NCBI RefSeq assembly: GCF_006345805.1
Contig: NC_042997.1
Location: forward strand, 20,336,001 to 20,400,000
Origin: Octopus sinensis
Lineage: Eukaryota
DNA length: 64,000 nt
Direction of reading: 5' to 3'
Shown here: in pieces, positions 24,111 to 36,794 of the stretch
Position numbering within the stretch: position 1 is the stretch's first letter
How the letters are laid out: each line of letters begins with the position of its first letter
Notes under the pieces: model-generated
Seen by the model: the letters and a program-made list of their open reading frames with translations, nothing else
The model's database searches: none
Told to the model about the DNA's origin: nothing
Translations under genes and position numbers: made by a program

Positions 24111-25151
24111 CTCCATTTGAGTTTCCTGAGTGAACATATGCATACAATCACATATACATTTGCACAAACATAAACAGTAATATAGTAAATATTTGCAGTC
24201 TATCATGGCACACATACTCGCAAGCACAAGCTTTTTTACATGCATGCATATACACACGGCACATCCTACAAGTGGCATTGACTTAAACAAAAAATCATTG
24301 CCATTTTGTTAGTGTCTGGTTAAAATTATGCATAGGATAAAGCTCTAAATTTATCTCATCCAGCCATACTGATATATATAGTGGAAACTTGTAATTAATG
24401 GTAGTATTTTTGATCCACTAATTGTGGTATAAAATAAAAATAAAAATAACAGTTCAAGTCTAGAATAATCTTTTAGGTGATTCTAAGAGTTCAAAAAACA
24501 TCCAGACTAAAACCTATTTCTAGTTTCTATCCTTTAATATTTAATGTCTTTCAATTTGGGATACTGTTTGTTTGATAAATATTTTAAAGAATTCAGACAG
24601 ATAAATGTTCTTTTGAAAATTACACACGTTACCTTAATATGGATAAATATATAAAATAAGAGACAGAAAGGGGGAAAAAAACGTGGAAAAAAACGGTAGA
24701 TTGAAACAAGATGGTTTTTAAGTATTGTACTGTTTTATAAATTAAAGACAAGTTTTCTGTGTTACTAATAGCAAATTAATCATAAGTTACAATAGACTTT
24801 GTTGTATATTTATCATGAAATTTCATAGTTTAGATTCAAGTGTATCAGACATCATACTGAATTTCATACACTTCTAAGAGACACAAATTTTAGAAAATTC
24901 TGACCATCCACCCCAAAATACCCCCTGGACTACTGTAACATTTCCTCATACTGCACATGATAGTGGGGGAGTTAGGTGCAAACATTTCACTATTTGTGAG
25001 ACTCCCTTAATTGTAATCAAATGATCATATAAACTCTCTTTCTTCCTAATGTATAAACAAAAAAGACATCAGGCAACCATCCAGCCATGAGTGGAAATTC
25101 ACCTCTTCTGGTCTGGGATATCAGTGTTGGAACAGTGAAAAATAAGTCTGA

Positions 25152-25965
25152 AGTTAGTTAGTTAGTTAGTTAATTTTTGGCTCAAAAAGCAAAAAAAGCA
25201 AGGCCATGTAGGGGGACATGGAGTTATGTACAGGGTGGTGTTCATGTAAAGAGTTCAGGCCACTTGTGGTCAAGGGAGATTTTGAACCGAGCGGTCGTCG
25301 GCATCTTCACCATCTCGTCCGGCAGCTTATTCCATGGATCCGCAACCCGGACGGAGAAAGCCCCTCTCCTTCGATTGAGATGAAATCGTCGCAGATAGAG
25401 CTTTTCGGAATGACCCCGCAGCCGACGCTCTGGAGCAGGAGTGAAGAACAGCTCCTTCGAGAGGTTACACTTTCCGCTTATGATGTTGTGAGCAAGAATG
25501 AGATCACCACAGTGGCGGCGTTTTTCTAGAGAATAAAGGTCGAGCATCTTCAGCCTTTCTTCATAAGACAAATTCTTGAGACCAAGAACCATGCGGGTAG
25601 CCAGCTTCTGGACTCTTTCGAGATGCAGTATGTCTTTGAGGAGATAAGGAGAAGAGGCTTGAATCCCGTACTCCAATATGGGTCTCACCAGTGTGACATA
25701 GAGCGGTAGGAATATGGGTGCTGTGAGCATTCCAAATGACCATCGAATCAAGAACAGAACTCCGTGTACTTTGTTGGCAGCATGGACGCACTGGGCCGAA
25801 GGTGAAAAGGAGGAATCCACCAAGATACCCAGGTCCTTTACCTGATCGGTCCTCTCCAGCAGCAGACGAACCGGCTCGAAATCAAGTTGTGTTGCAGGAG
25901 GAGAGCCAACAGGCAGATGACAGCACTTTGACACGTTCAGACACAGGTCCAGATCAGCAGGGAGT
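25152..25965 (-). mobile_element. 5'-truncated CR1-clade LINE with open RT C-terminus and (TAAC)n tail
   Basis: ORF 25242..25934: VKDLGILVD, LYVTLVRPILEY, LERVQKLATR, YEERLK...SLEKRR, LRGHS, FSVRV...WNKLP. Confidence 0.93.
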
Positions 25966-26079
25966 GGATGTGTGCCATTTACAAATTGTTAGATACTGAG
26001 TAAGAAACAGAGGTACACATTCCTCTGGGTGAGTAACAGCATGGAGATGGGGCAAACAGGTATTTTGGTGGCAAAGAAA

Positions 26080-26471
26080 TCTCTCTATATATAAAGCTGA
26101 ATTTGTCTGTGTATGGCAGGTTTGGTAGGCTTCAACTAACACTATCTCCTCCGAGAACCTGTGGCGCAAATTGACCAAAATTGAGAGTATGATAGAAGAA
26201 GGCTTGCTCTTCCTTCTGTAGAAGAAAAAATTCAAATAGGACCATGTTAACACCAAAATTTATTTACATCAAAAAGGTGCTTTTTTTCTATGAAAATCCC
26301 TATTTTTTACGATTTTTTGAGTGCTGTGTCGCCATTTTCCAGTATATTTCAACCAGAAAAATGATCACTTAAAGAGAATAACAAGCTATATAATGAAAAA
26401 CTTTTACTTTTCAAAAATTCCAATTCTAAAGGGTCAAAACAAACCTGAGCAATGCTGGGCGATTCTGCTAG
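26080..26471 (+). mobile_element. Non-autonomous Helitron
   Basis: A|TC start, subterminal cctgagcaatgctggg hairpin-like motif, CTAG|T end, no TSD. Confidence 0.75.
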
Positions 26472-27218
26472 TGGACAGATAAACATATTGAAGTAGAGTA
26501 TGTGATGGAATAATTAAGCTTAGGCTAGTCATGGACACAACAACAACAGTGAAGACTGGATATGAACCACAATCAAGAATGACAGAATAGAAAAAAGCCT
26601 TGCATACTAGCTCCATAACAAATGACAGTATCCTACTTGTCACAGGAAGTAATATGATGACATGTTGACCCACACTATGGTAGCAACTCTTTTATACACA
26701 GAGGTTATGAACTTGAAATAAGTGATGCAAATGACCAATGACTAAATTCTTTGCATGTATTTTGGTATTTTGTGATAAATATATCCTGTTTGCAACTTTG
26801 ATTTCAGTAAAACAGATAGCCACTTAATCATTACCATTCTGGAAAACACAAAAGCCAGATAGACATCAAACTTGGAAATGGTTTAGACAGATGATTGTGA
26901 TTACTGAATCCTTTCCTTAGTGAATTTGTACCACTTGACATAGACTTGTGATTAAGTGCTAGACAAACTTAACAACACAAAAAAGATGTGGAAACTCAAA
27001 AATCCTTCTGCTAAACAAGATTTTAGACAACATCTAGGAGATACATATATTAAGAAAGAGTAGAATATAGAGGTTAGAATTGGAGTTTCTATTTGACAAA
27101 ATGCTGCAAGCCTATCGTGATGATAGACATTAACACCTCTGTGTGATTAAAAGGTGGATTCGCCGAACACTTATAAAGTGTAATGTGTCACTTTGAGACA
27201 CAAAAAAGGCATTGGAGT

Positions 27219-29050
27219 TTTTTGGTTCAAATCACTTGCGATTCTAGAGTAAGCCATTTGTTTGTTGTACTTGTTGAGGGTCTCCCCGTGTGGGTGAACC
27301 TAGGATTTGTTAAATTGGTTATATTTTTAACTATTGTTGCTGTTTTTGCCTGTTATTATATTTGTTTTCTTCCCCAATTATGGGTGAAGTAGAAAGAAGA
27401 GAGATGGAAAATGAACCAGCTGAAAGTTACACATCAGCCACGAGTAATGGAATACTTGCCGATGCCTTGGAAGTACGTGAAATTAAGGTAGAGCCCAGAA
27501 AGAGGAAGGAGGGAAGTAAATTAATAGAAAGGGAAGGAGCCAGTTTGAGGCTGACTCCACCGCAAGAATTGACGAACAATGTGGCAAAAAGGACAGTGGT
27601 GTAAAGAACGTTATCTACATCCTCTAAAAAGATAGAGGTTGTCCCAGTAGAGACAATAGAGGAGTGCTTCAAGGAAATAAAGAGGCTTACAACATTTTAT
27701 ACGCGTGAAAAGAAATACGGCACAGTGGAAATAAGGTTTAGCAAAGAAGAAGACATGATAAACCACGCCACTGAACTGATAAGAATAGCGGAATGGGTAC
27801 ATCTGCTGACTTACTATGGCAAACGCATCACCAGAGTAAGAATTGGCAGAGTACCCCACAAGATTAATGAAGCATGGCTGGTGGCAGCAGTCATGTACAG
27901 AATGGAGGATGAAGTAAAAATCTTAATGATTACAAGAACCAAAAAGGTTAATTGGTGGGGGTGTGGCCTCGAGATGGCCATACAAGTGATCCTAAAAGAC
28001 TTGCATGAGATTACAGAGGAGATCATTCTCCAAGAAGACGTCTGACCGAGTGTAGTGGTGGAAGGAAGACCACCAATATGTTTCTTATGTGGTCAGTATG
28101 GACACTTGAAAGCAAGGTGCCTCCAGAAAGAAAACGAAGAAGAGGAGCAGAAAAGTGAAAAACAGAGTACCAAAGTGTTAGTACTGGAAAGAGAGAAAGA
28201 TAGAGTGGAGGAATCATTCACTGTCGTAAATAGGAGGAATAGAAAGGAACAGGTGACCTCTCTGTTGGAGAGCCAGAAGAGGATGAAGGAGATTGAGATG
28301 GAGGAAGAAAGGAATAGGTGTGAGACATCAGCAGAATCAACAATGGAAGGTGGAGTGGAGGCAGAAGCACCACTGCAACACAGTGTGGAAGACTTAAACA
28401 TGGAGAATTATTTTAGTAGACCAAGAGAAGAATCAAATGAAATGACTCACTTAGACAGCCCAGGTCCATCGCTGAAGCAAACAGATGTTCAAAAGAGAAA
28501 AAACAAATGGCATGTGGTCACATATGCCAAAAGAACAGAAATTGGGTAGAAGATTACGAAGTTTAAATCAGTCATAAGAGTAAGGTTGCCACTGGAGAAA
28601 TATTCAGAAAATACCAAGGGAATAATTATTGACAAGGATAGATATGAGAAATTGAAAGAATTGTTTGGAAATAGTATAGACTCTTTAGGGGTAGAAATTG
28701 AATTCGACGAATTGCCACCAGTTGTGGAGTTTGAAGATTTAAAACCCTTTATGAACTGTTAAAAAGAGTAAAGTAAGCAAAAATTTATTTAAAAACAAAA
28801 GAGAAAAAAACTTTTAAAAGGAAAAAAAAACAACGATGCTAAAAGAAAAGAAAAGACAGTGTAAGAAAGATTTGTTAGTTTGTATAATTTAACTGTTAAA
28901 TGGTACTACTTGAGAGCCATTCCATCATCATTGATTTTTAGACATCATTCATTTTTAATTCATTTTGTTTTTGTCACCACTGTGGTGTTCTGTCTGTCTT
29001 TGTGTTGTCCCTTCTGTGTATGATCCTGAGTGCTTAACTAAAGAGATAAG
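27219..29050 (+). mobile_element. ORF1-only L1/Tx1-like non-autonomous retroelement (HAL1-like architecture)
   Basis: 13-bp direct repeat aaggcattggagt at 27206-27218 and 29051-29063; one ORF1-like frame; no ORF2 motifs before the 3' end. Confidence 0.65.
27380..28762 (+). pseudogene. L1/Tx1-type ORF1 (gag-like) protein, 460 codons, three premature stops, no frameshift
   Basis: Listed ORFs 27362, 27725 and 28055 share one frame that continues to TAA 28760-28762. RRM-like TVEIRF...RVRIGRVP and CCHC knuckle GRPPICFLCGQYGHLKARC. Confidence 0.8.
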
Positions 29051-29299
29051 AAGGCATTGGAGTCTCGTGTGTTGGTAACTGGAAGTTACGTCTGTGAAAA
29101 CATTGCTTTACCTCCGCTTCATTAAAATCGTATATCTGCAATCAAGGATATAAAAAAGCCATAGACCAGGTCTTTGAATGGAGAAAGGTATCAGTTAAAA
29201 GGGAGGGGACATGGTGATGGCATGATATAGCTGATAAAGACATAAATGTTAAGCAACAGGCCTGGGAAGATGGAAGAAACATAGGTATAGGAAATGAAA

Positions 29300-30100
29300 T
29301 TATGTAGCTAGAAGAGAAAGTATCCGCTGTTTGTGGCTCAGAGAAGTTATTGCAATGTTCTGCAATTGGAAGATCGAAAGTAAGAAGTGTGCAGGATTAC
29401 AAAGCAGTGTTTCAATGAGAAACAAGATGTCATTAAGGAAATGTATATTTGGAATTACTGTGGCTTCCTACACTCATCGATATTGAAATGAAAGAGGTTT
29501 GAAAATGTTATTATGAAAGGTCGTTAAATATAGGGAATGTGTTGGAGAGTGAGAATGAGAGAGTGACTTACCCCAAGAAGACCCAACGGAGAAACCAGAT
29601 AGTAAAGTTGACAGCTGCACAGGGAAAAGTGAGATTGACACTATGAAGGAACAGACAACAGCCAGTCCATGACAGAGTTGCTGAAATGTTGGAAGAAATC
29701 TGCCAAAGTAGAGATAGTGCAGACAAAGGTATAAAGGAAGGTATCTTACCCAAAGATTGAAATAGTAGTGTTTATCAACAACTATAAGTGCAAGGAGATG
29801 CTCTACAAAGAAACAACTGCAGTGTTGTTAAACTGACAAGGAAATAAAAATTAGTTTAGATGCTGTTTGGGTTTGTGCAAGGGAAGGACCACTAATTTTC
29901 TTTTCCCAATTTAAAAACTGCAAGCAAAGTTCTTAGCAAAGATTAACCCACAATACCTAGCCTTTATTGAGCTGAAAACATTTTTCAGGGAGTACCAAGA
30001 TCTGTAGTCTGGAAGTTGATTAGAAAGTTAATGTACAAGTAGTGCTAAAAATTCTTGGCTTTAAGGGTATTGTGAGAAGCCTGGTTAGAGGCTCAATCTT
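29300..30100 (+). mobile_element. Highly decayed RTE RT remnant
   Basis: Traces of VAEML, GILPKD*, FGFV, KFLAK and VPRSVVW across frameshifts. Confidence 0.5.
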
Positions 30101-31484
30101 CTGAATTCTTTTACATGGTTTCAAAAAACTAAAGAACCACTGCAATTAGTGTGCGAATCTGAGAGAGGAATATATTGAATAAAATCATAATTAACTGATC
30201 CTTTTTTATTTTCTTTTACCCAAAACCAGGAACTTTTCAGCACCTCCTCATATATCAGTAGCTTATGAAATCCCTGAAAGTTATGTTATGCTGTTAATAA
30301 GGTGGAAGTTCAGTGTGGAATTTAGCAAGGAGGAAGATGTCCTTTGGGTTTCAATTCTCAACTTCTTTCTGTCTTTTTATAATTTTCCATGAGAGTGATT
30401 TAAGACTAGCTGATTATGGGAACTTCTGTATGCTTATGGCTTAGTTATCATAGCAGAATTTGTTGAAGATTAGCAAAGAAATGTAAAATATGGAAGCAAA
30501 GCTATAATTGCTAAGCCTAAAGGTAAATCTAGCTAGATAAAAGTTTAGTTAGTGAAAAAGAAGCAGGTCTCTGCTGCCATCCAGGAAATTATTTTACTCA
30601 ATAAGCAATAAAATTGTCATAGGAATTATATACAGTGTAGCCTCAAATGTGGAAAATGAGCAAAGTTTAGGAAGAAATTAAATAAACACTCTCCCCTGGA
30701 TGTATACTATTAACATTCTTGAATGATGGAGCACAAATGAGCTAAGAAAACATATGGTGTTAAAGGAATCAGGTATTATGTACAAGGGAAAGATATGGGC
30801 ATATGATATATATGGAGGATGACAGTAGGATAAAAATTAGTGGAAGGGACCAGGGGAAGAAGAAAATAGGAGCAGAATAGCTGAATGTTGGTCTCAGGAT
30901 GTATCTTGAAAAATAGATGGCAAATAACTAATAAAACATGTAGCGAGATGCTATGATGGGGAAGACTTGCTCAACCCATTCAAACAATTAATGTTTAAAT
31001 GATTGCAATGATAATGGTAGTTTTGGCAGCAGTGGTGATGATAAGGTTGATGTGGAGGAGAAGAAAGCATGCAATCTGGTTATATAGGATAAGAAATACA
31101 TGTTTATATTTTACTACAATGTTAAAACATTGTTAAAAGCCAATAAATTTGCCATACATAATGTTTCTTTTATTTTGAGAGGAGCATATAATGAGTGAAA
31201 TTTTACTACTTTCTCTTAACCAAGCTACTTGACAGTAAATCCATTTGAAAGTACCAAAGTATGGCATTACAAATTTAACAGAACTATTCTGTGACCATCA
31301 ATGAAATTTAATGTCAAAATTAATTTGAAAGTCAGTACTGCTAATTTTGAAAGAAAAGTAGAAAATTAATCTGCTTTTTATAAAAATTATATAATGTAAA
31401 GGGTGAGTTTTGGAATTACAAAACATTTAAAATCATTCTTGTGACTTCATTGCTATTTGTATACTTTTATTGTATTGCATGTGG

Positions 31485-31966
31485 AGCTGACAATGGTCAG
31501 GTGGTACTGGCCACCCTCAAGTGGTGCTTTTTAAGTATCACCTGTGCAGGAGTCAGTCCAGCGGTACTAGCAATGACCTCGCTCAAATGTTTTTCATGTG
31601 CCACCAGCACATGTGCAAGTAAGGTGACACTGCTAACAATCACGTTTGAATGGTGCTTTTTACATGCCACCGGCACAGAAGCCAGTCAGCTGCTCTGGCA
31701 GCAATCATGCTTGGATGGTGCTCTTAGCACTCTACTGGCATGGGTGCCAGTCATCAAATATGCGAATTTGATTTCAATTTTGATTTTACTTGCCTCAACA
31801 GGTCTTCGCAAGCAGAGTCTAGTGTCCAATGTAGGAAAGGTACGCATAAGTGGGCTGGTTACACCCCTGGCATAGGCCATGGGTTATGGTCTCACTTGGC
31901 TTGCCGGGTGTTCTTACGCACTGCATAGAAGACCTGGCAATGCAATGCGTGAGAAGACCCGGCAAG
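31485..31966 (-). mobile_element. RTE 3'-UTR remnant with tandem ~40-bp units and a terminal fold-back
   Basis: Matches the reverse complement of 62980-63300. Confidence 0.75.
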
Positions 31967-33578
31967 CTGCGAACTGTAAAGAGCGATAAATTAGAACTGG
32001 CATACTTTGCTGCAATATTTTAAGTAAAAGTTTCTTATTCTTTACTTTACTAGAAGTAATAGCTTGTCCTATACTTTTACAGGTGTAACAATTTGTCCTG
32101 TACTTTTCCAGGTTTATAATCTTAAGAATATTACTTTTGATGCTCGCATTTTTCCATGTAATAAATTAATGAAACAATTGTCAAATGAAATTTTGAACTG
32201 TTTTTGCTTTCCTTTGGTAGGGCAGGCAAGAGAGCCTATTTCTTTTAATAATGTTATATAATTACTTCAGAAAATTACTGTAAAGCATCAGACAAAACGT
32301 TTTACATTATATTTCTGGCTCATTACATCCTGAATTAAAATTCTGTCAAGGTTAATTTTGCCTTTCATTTTTCTTGGATCAATAAAATATAATACTTGTC
32401 ATAAACTGGATCAATCTAATTGGCTAACCTTCTTGCCAAATTCCTAACTTTGTACCAATATAAGTAATTATTTTACTTACAACAGGAGAATCAAATCATG
32501 GATCAATCTTATGGCATCACTCACGAAGCATCAAGTTCTAATTTTGTTTATTTTCTAACTGAAATTTTAATCTAAGAATTGATCTTGACAAAAATAGAAA
32601 ATCTGAAATTAAAAGTTCTAATTATTTGTTGATATTATCATATTACAACTCATGTAAAAGTAAAAGTTTGAAAATTGATGATTATGTAACCATCTAAAAT
32701 ATTACAGAAAAGTATTTAAAAATCATTTTTCCTTTATACGAGTCTTATCATTTTATTACTACTTTGTTATTGTTGAAAAGAGAAATTTAGTGAAGAACTT
32801 ACAATTTTCATATTTAATTATCTCAAGAGCAAAAAAGAAAGAGTACCTTACATTTATTAAAAGTATTAATTTTTGTTTTTTTGTGGTGGTGGGGATTTTA
32901 AATTATTTTACTTTATTCGTTTTAGAAATAAAATTTAATTTTACATAGGAAAATGTAAATGGGTATTTTCTGTTTGAAAATACTTTACTTTTATCTTACA
33001 TCAACAAATTACAAGTAATTTTGATATGATTCTTATGAAAATTTTTCAAAGTAGAAAATCTTTTCAATAATTGTTATGAGAATATTTCAGGCATGATTTT
33101 CAAAGTTGCTTTTCCTTTCATTACATGTACTTCATTGGATCAAGGCAAGATATATTTGCAACAAGCAAATACCAATAAGGTCCTTAAATATTAAGGGAGT
33201 TGAGAAGTGGGGGAAGGGAATGAAGATAACAGTGAGATAAAATACTTGAAACATATCTTATGTCAGAAGTGTATATTCAAGAACACGATAAGTTTTAACA
33301 AATTAATATAAAAATTGAAGTTACTTTTTTTATTGTTTCTTGCAAAATTGAAGACCAACTAAATTTAATAACGAAGGTAATAGAGACTTTATTAATTTTG
33401 TTATAAACATCTGCTTAGCAAAGCAACTGTGCTAATGGCTTCACTATTGGTGTAAGCAAAGTTATGAGTTTAAGAAATTCAATCTGCAACCATGTGCTTC
33501 TGAGTTTGATTCCTGTATCCTGATAAGATCACAGTGAAGCACTTGGTTTTATTTTTGCTTGTTTTTTTTTCACTCCAG

Positions 33579-33613
33579 CAGCATGTTGATTAGTATTTTG
33601 AGGGTGGAATTTG
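33579..33613 (+). CDS. Candidate short exon, SMLISILRVEF
   Basis: Very strong acceptor (ttgtttttttttcactccag, NAGNAG) and donor G|gtaagt; one open frame (phase 2-1). Confidence 0.4.
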
Positions 33614-33725
33614 GTAAGTAGAACTGCACAGAATTCCATACTCTGTTTCTCACTCTTTTCCTTCTTTCTTTTTCTTTCCTTCTCTCTCTTTTCCCTCTTT
33701 CTCTTTCTCCCTCTACATATGTGTG

Positions 33726-33753
<28 letters not shown>

Positions 33754-33756
<3 letters not shown>

Positions 33757-34349
33757 GCAGCTAAGTCCGGTTTCACCCAGTCCGTTTGGATGATATGGCA
33801 GTGAAAATTGCTCTGTGTAAGCATTCGACTTGTTTGGGCACACTTACATTAAAAAACAATTTTAGAATTACTTTTTTCTGTCAAAACGCTAAAAATAACT
33901 GACCAACAAAAAAAAAGCAAATAAGATTCAACCAAATCAAAAAATAAACCCAAATACTAAGCAAACAAAGATGAACCATCCCACTTCCATTGTACGTGTA
34001 CACGCACATGCACACACAAACACATTCACATACGCCCCTTTTACACACACACACACACACATATTCACATAGAGTTGAAACGCTGTTTGATTTATTTTTT
34101 CAGCGTACAATTTTCATCATCCCACTACCAAGTATGACATCACCCCTTCCTTTCTCATTCATAAACACAAGAGTATTATTATAGTAGATTATCTCGGTAA
34201 TTATGGGAGCCATGAAAAAATACAAAGCCCAGCAACACCACCGGATCATTCTATACATCTGTGTAATTTTTCGCGCAATTCCACACAGCCATTTGACCGT
34301 GAATCCCAAGACAGGAAAGAAACGCCCATGTCAAATTTATATGTATAGA
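33754..34349 (-). mobile_element. Non-autonomous Helitron-like element
   Basis: Minus-strand A|TCTATACATATAAATT start; 3' ctgggtgaaaccggact hairpin-like motif followed by degenerate CTAA. Confidence 0.55.
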
Positions 34350-34519
34350 TATTGTATAAAGGATCATGGGTAAGGCAAGAACAATACGAAGTAAATGCTA
34401 GGCAAATCCCAAGAAAACAAATATATGGATTAATGTAGACTTACTTTGCCTTCAATATTTCGGAGTTATGATCCCATTTTCAAGAAACTGATGAATGTTG
34501 CCAATGTGCATGTGTATGA

Positions 34520-35490
34520 CTTTTCCCACCTCCCCATCCATCAACCTCCAGCTCTTCAGCCTCACACCCTCGGACATACGAGAGTTACTAACCTTTGTAG
34601 TTAGTAACACCTATTTCCAATATAATGGTGTGATTTGCAAACAGACTTCCGGCTTGCCTATGGGATCTAGCTTTTCAGGCCTGCTGGCCATCATGTACAT
34701 GGATAAGCTAGAACGCACAGCACTCAACACCTGCCGCTCATGCATCTTCTTCTCCAGGTATGTTGATGACATCTTTATTATCACGTCCTCCAGAGATGGG
34801 GCCATTAATATACACTGGACCTCAATGGATGGATGGAAGCACTCCGTCAGTTACGACGACGAGGGTTCCGGTTGATCCGATCAACGGAACAGCCTGCTCG
34901 TGAAATTAAAGTGTAAGTGGCTGAGCCCTCCACAGACACGTGTACCCTTAACGTAGTTCTCGGGGATATTCAGCGTGACACAGAGAGTGACAAGGCTGGC
35001 CCTTTGAAATACAGGTACAACAGAAACAGGAAGTAAGAGTGAGAGAAAGTTGTAGTGAAAGAGTACAGCAGGGATCACCACCATCCCCTGCCGGAGCTCG
35101 TGGAGCTTTTAGGTGTTTTCGCTCAATAAACACTCACAACGCCCGGTCTGGGAATCGAAACCGCGAGTCCACTGCCCTAACCACTGGACCTCAATAACAT
35201 CGACATAAACATCAAATTCAAGATTGAACATCCAAACGAATCCAGAACCCTCTCTCTACTTGACATTGAACTCAAGATCACAGAAGAAGGCTCCATATTC
35301 ACCAACTTCTACAGAAAAGCTGCTAGCAGAAAAAGTTTCGTCCACTACCAATCAACCTTATCCACCAAAGCCAAAGCTGCATACCTGAGAAATGAGATTC
35401 CACATATAAACAACAGTTGCAGCAAAGCAACTGACAAAGCCGTCAACACCCTACAGTTCCTCAGCGACCTAACCCTGAATGGCTACTTTC
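34520..35490 (+). mobile_element. Penelope-like RT fragment interrupted by a SINE
   Basis: NTYFQYNG...QTSGLPMGS, RYVDDIF, then NIKFKIE...LSLLDI...FYRK after the insertion. Confidence 0.8.
34827..35181 (-). mobile_element. tRNA-derived SINE (head A + tail X), (TCCA)n tail
   Basis: 14-bp TSD cactggacctcaat at 34813-34826 and 35182-35195; A/B-box-like head. Confidence 0.92.
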
Positions 35491-35583
35491 TTATTAGGTT
35501 GGTTGTTTCTCTCTATTTCATTCCCATACGAGAAAGGCATAGAATTTTGCCAATTCTGTAATAGTGAACTACTTTATATTTAA

Positions 35584-35979
35584 CTAGCAGTATCGCCCGG
35601 CGTTGCTTGGGTTTGTAAGGGAAATAACTATATAAGCATTTTTAGTGAGTTATAGCCCAAAAATAGCAAAAAAATGCATTAAAAATGAAAAAAAATGATG
35701 GTTAATTTTTTTTTTAATCGTTGACTCATCGTAGACATTTTTAGAGAGTTACTTCCCTTATATAATAGCGAAAAAATGCATTAAAATGGAAAAAAATTAT
35801 GGTAAATTTTTTTTAAATCGTAGACTCATCGTAGACGCGCGCTAATACCCAGAAGGGCTCGATATGAATCACGACTATAAGATACCCGGTTTTGGTTAAA
35901 CTGCACCGCAAAATGTGGGAGTAGTTAGGAATCTAAATCGTAGGAGACAGACACACAACTTGACTTTTATATATAAAGA
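35584..35979 (-). mobile_element. Non-autonomous Helitron with internal duplication
   Basis: Minus-strand A|TC start, cccaagcaacgccggg hairpin, CTAG|T end; 3' end similar to 26080-26471. Confidence 0.8.
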
Positions 35980-36254
35980 TTTTCTAAGAATCCCCTTGTA
36001 AACACGTTTATATAGCATGCTTATCGATGTAAACATTGGCAGAAACATACCTATGAGCATACTTATTGATGTAAACATTGGCAGAAACTTAACTATTTTT
36101 AACTAAGGTAGCAATATATTTATCTAGAATATTTTTACTAAGTACATTGCTGAAGGTGTACTTAGAGTTAGAAGGACAAATAAGTCGTAATGATGGGTTA
36201 TTAAAAATTTTGTTTATGATCTTTTAAAGTAAAACGAAGTTGCTTAGGATTAAA

Positions 36255-36540
36255 CGGTTCAGTCTTCATCTGTAAGTTATACTTCTCCATAATTTTCTTA
36301 GCCTCAAGGTTAGCTTTCTTGAATGTACCTTTACCGGTAATCCAATAGTCTTTTTTTTAATTTCTTTTTTAAGCAGTTCTAGATAATAGTCCTTCGTAAG
36401 TTCGTAGAGGTTACCCGTTTTATCTGATTGAAACAGTATACGAATTTCCTTGGTGATATTGTGAGGATACCTCAGATGTTCATTCTTTAGGGGTGAACAG
36501 TGAAATTTTATATTCCTCACAATAGACTAGAGATCATCAT
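36255..36540 (-). mobile_element. Penelope-like fragment (region just N-terminal of RT)
   Basis: IVRNIKF...QSDKTGNLYELTKDYYLELL resembles the PLE ADK region. Confidence 0.55.
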
Positions 36541-36794
36541 TCTAAGGGAGATAACTCGTCCCATTTTAAGGCTTACACATTGTATATTATTCTGTTGTTT
36601 ACATATTAAGTGGCCGTAACGGTTTTCTATCTCCAGTTTGAGGAGAGGTTATATGCCTACGGCCATTAGAATCTGATGAGTCATCTCTAATGTTAAGCAC
36701 TTTATAGATGCAAAACCATTGGTCACTCTATGGTGAGATATATATTTAACTTCCTGTAAATATATTTCTTTACTACCCACAAGGGGCTAAACAC

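Noticed and set aside
25152-25172. Interstitial telomeric repeat
   Set aside because: The unit is TTAG, not TTAGGG, and it is the CR1 3' tail.
27427-28401. Minus-strand ORFs over the ORF1-like gene (and similar ones over the CR1, mariner and PLE)
   Set aside because: Antisense shadows of TE coding frames.
36013-36090. Imperfect tandem duplication (gcat.cttat.gatgtaaacattggcagaaac twice)
   Set aside because: Two copies only; ordinary local duplication with no further structure.
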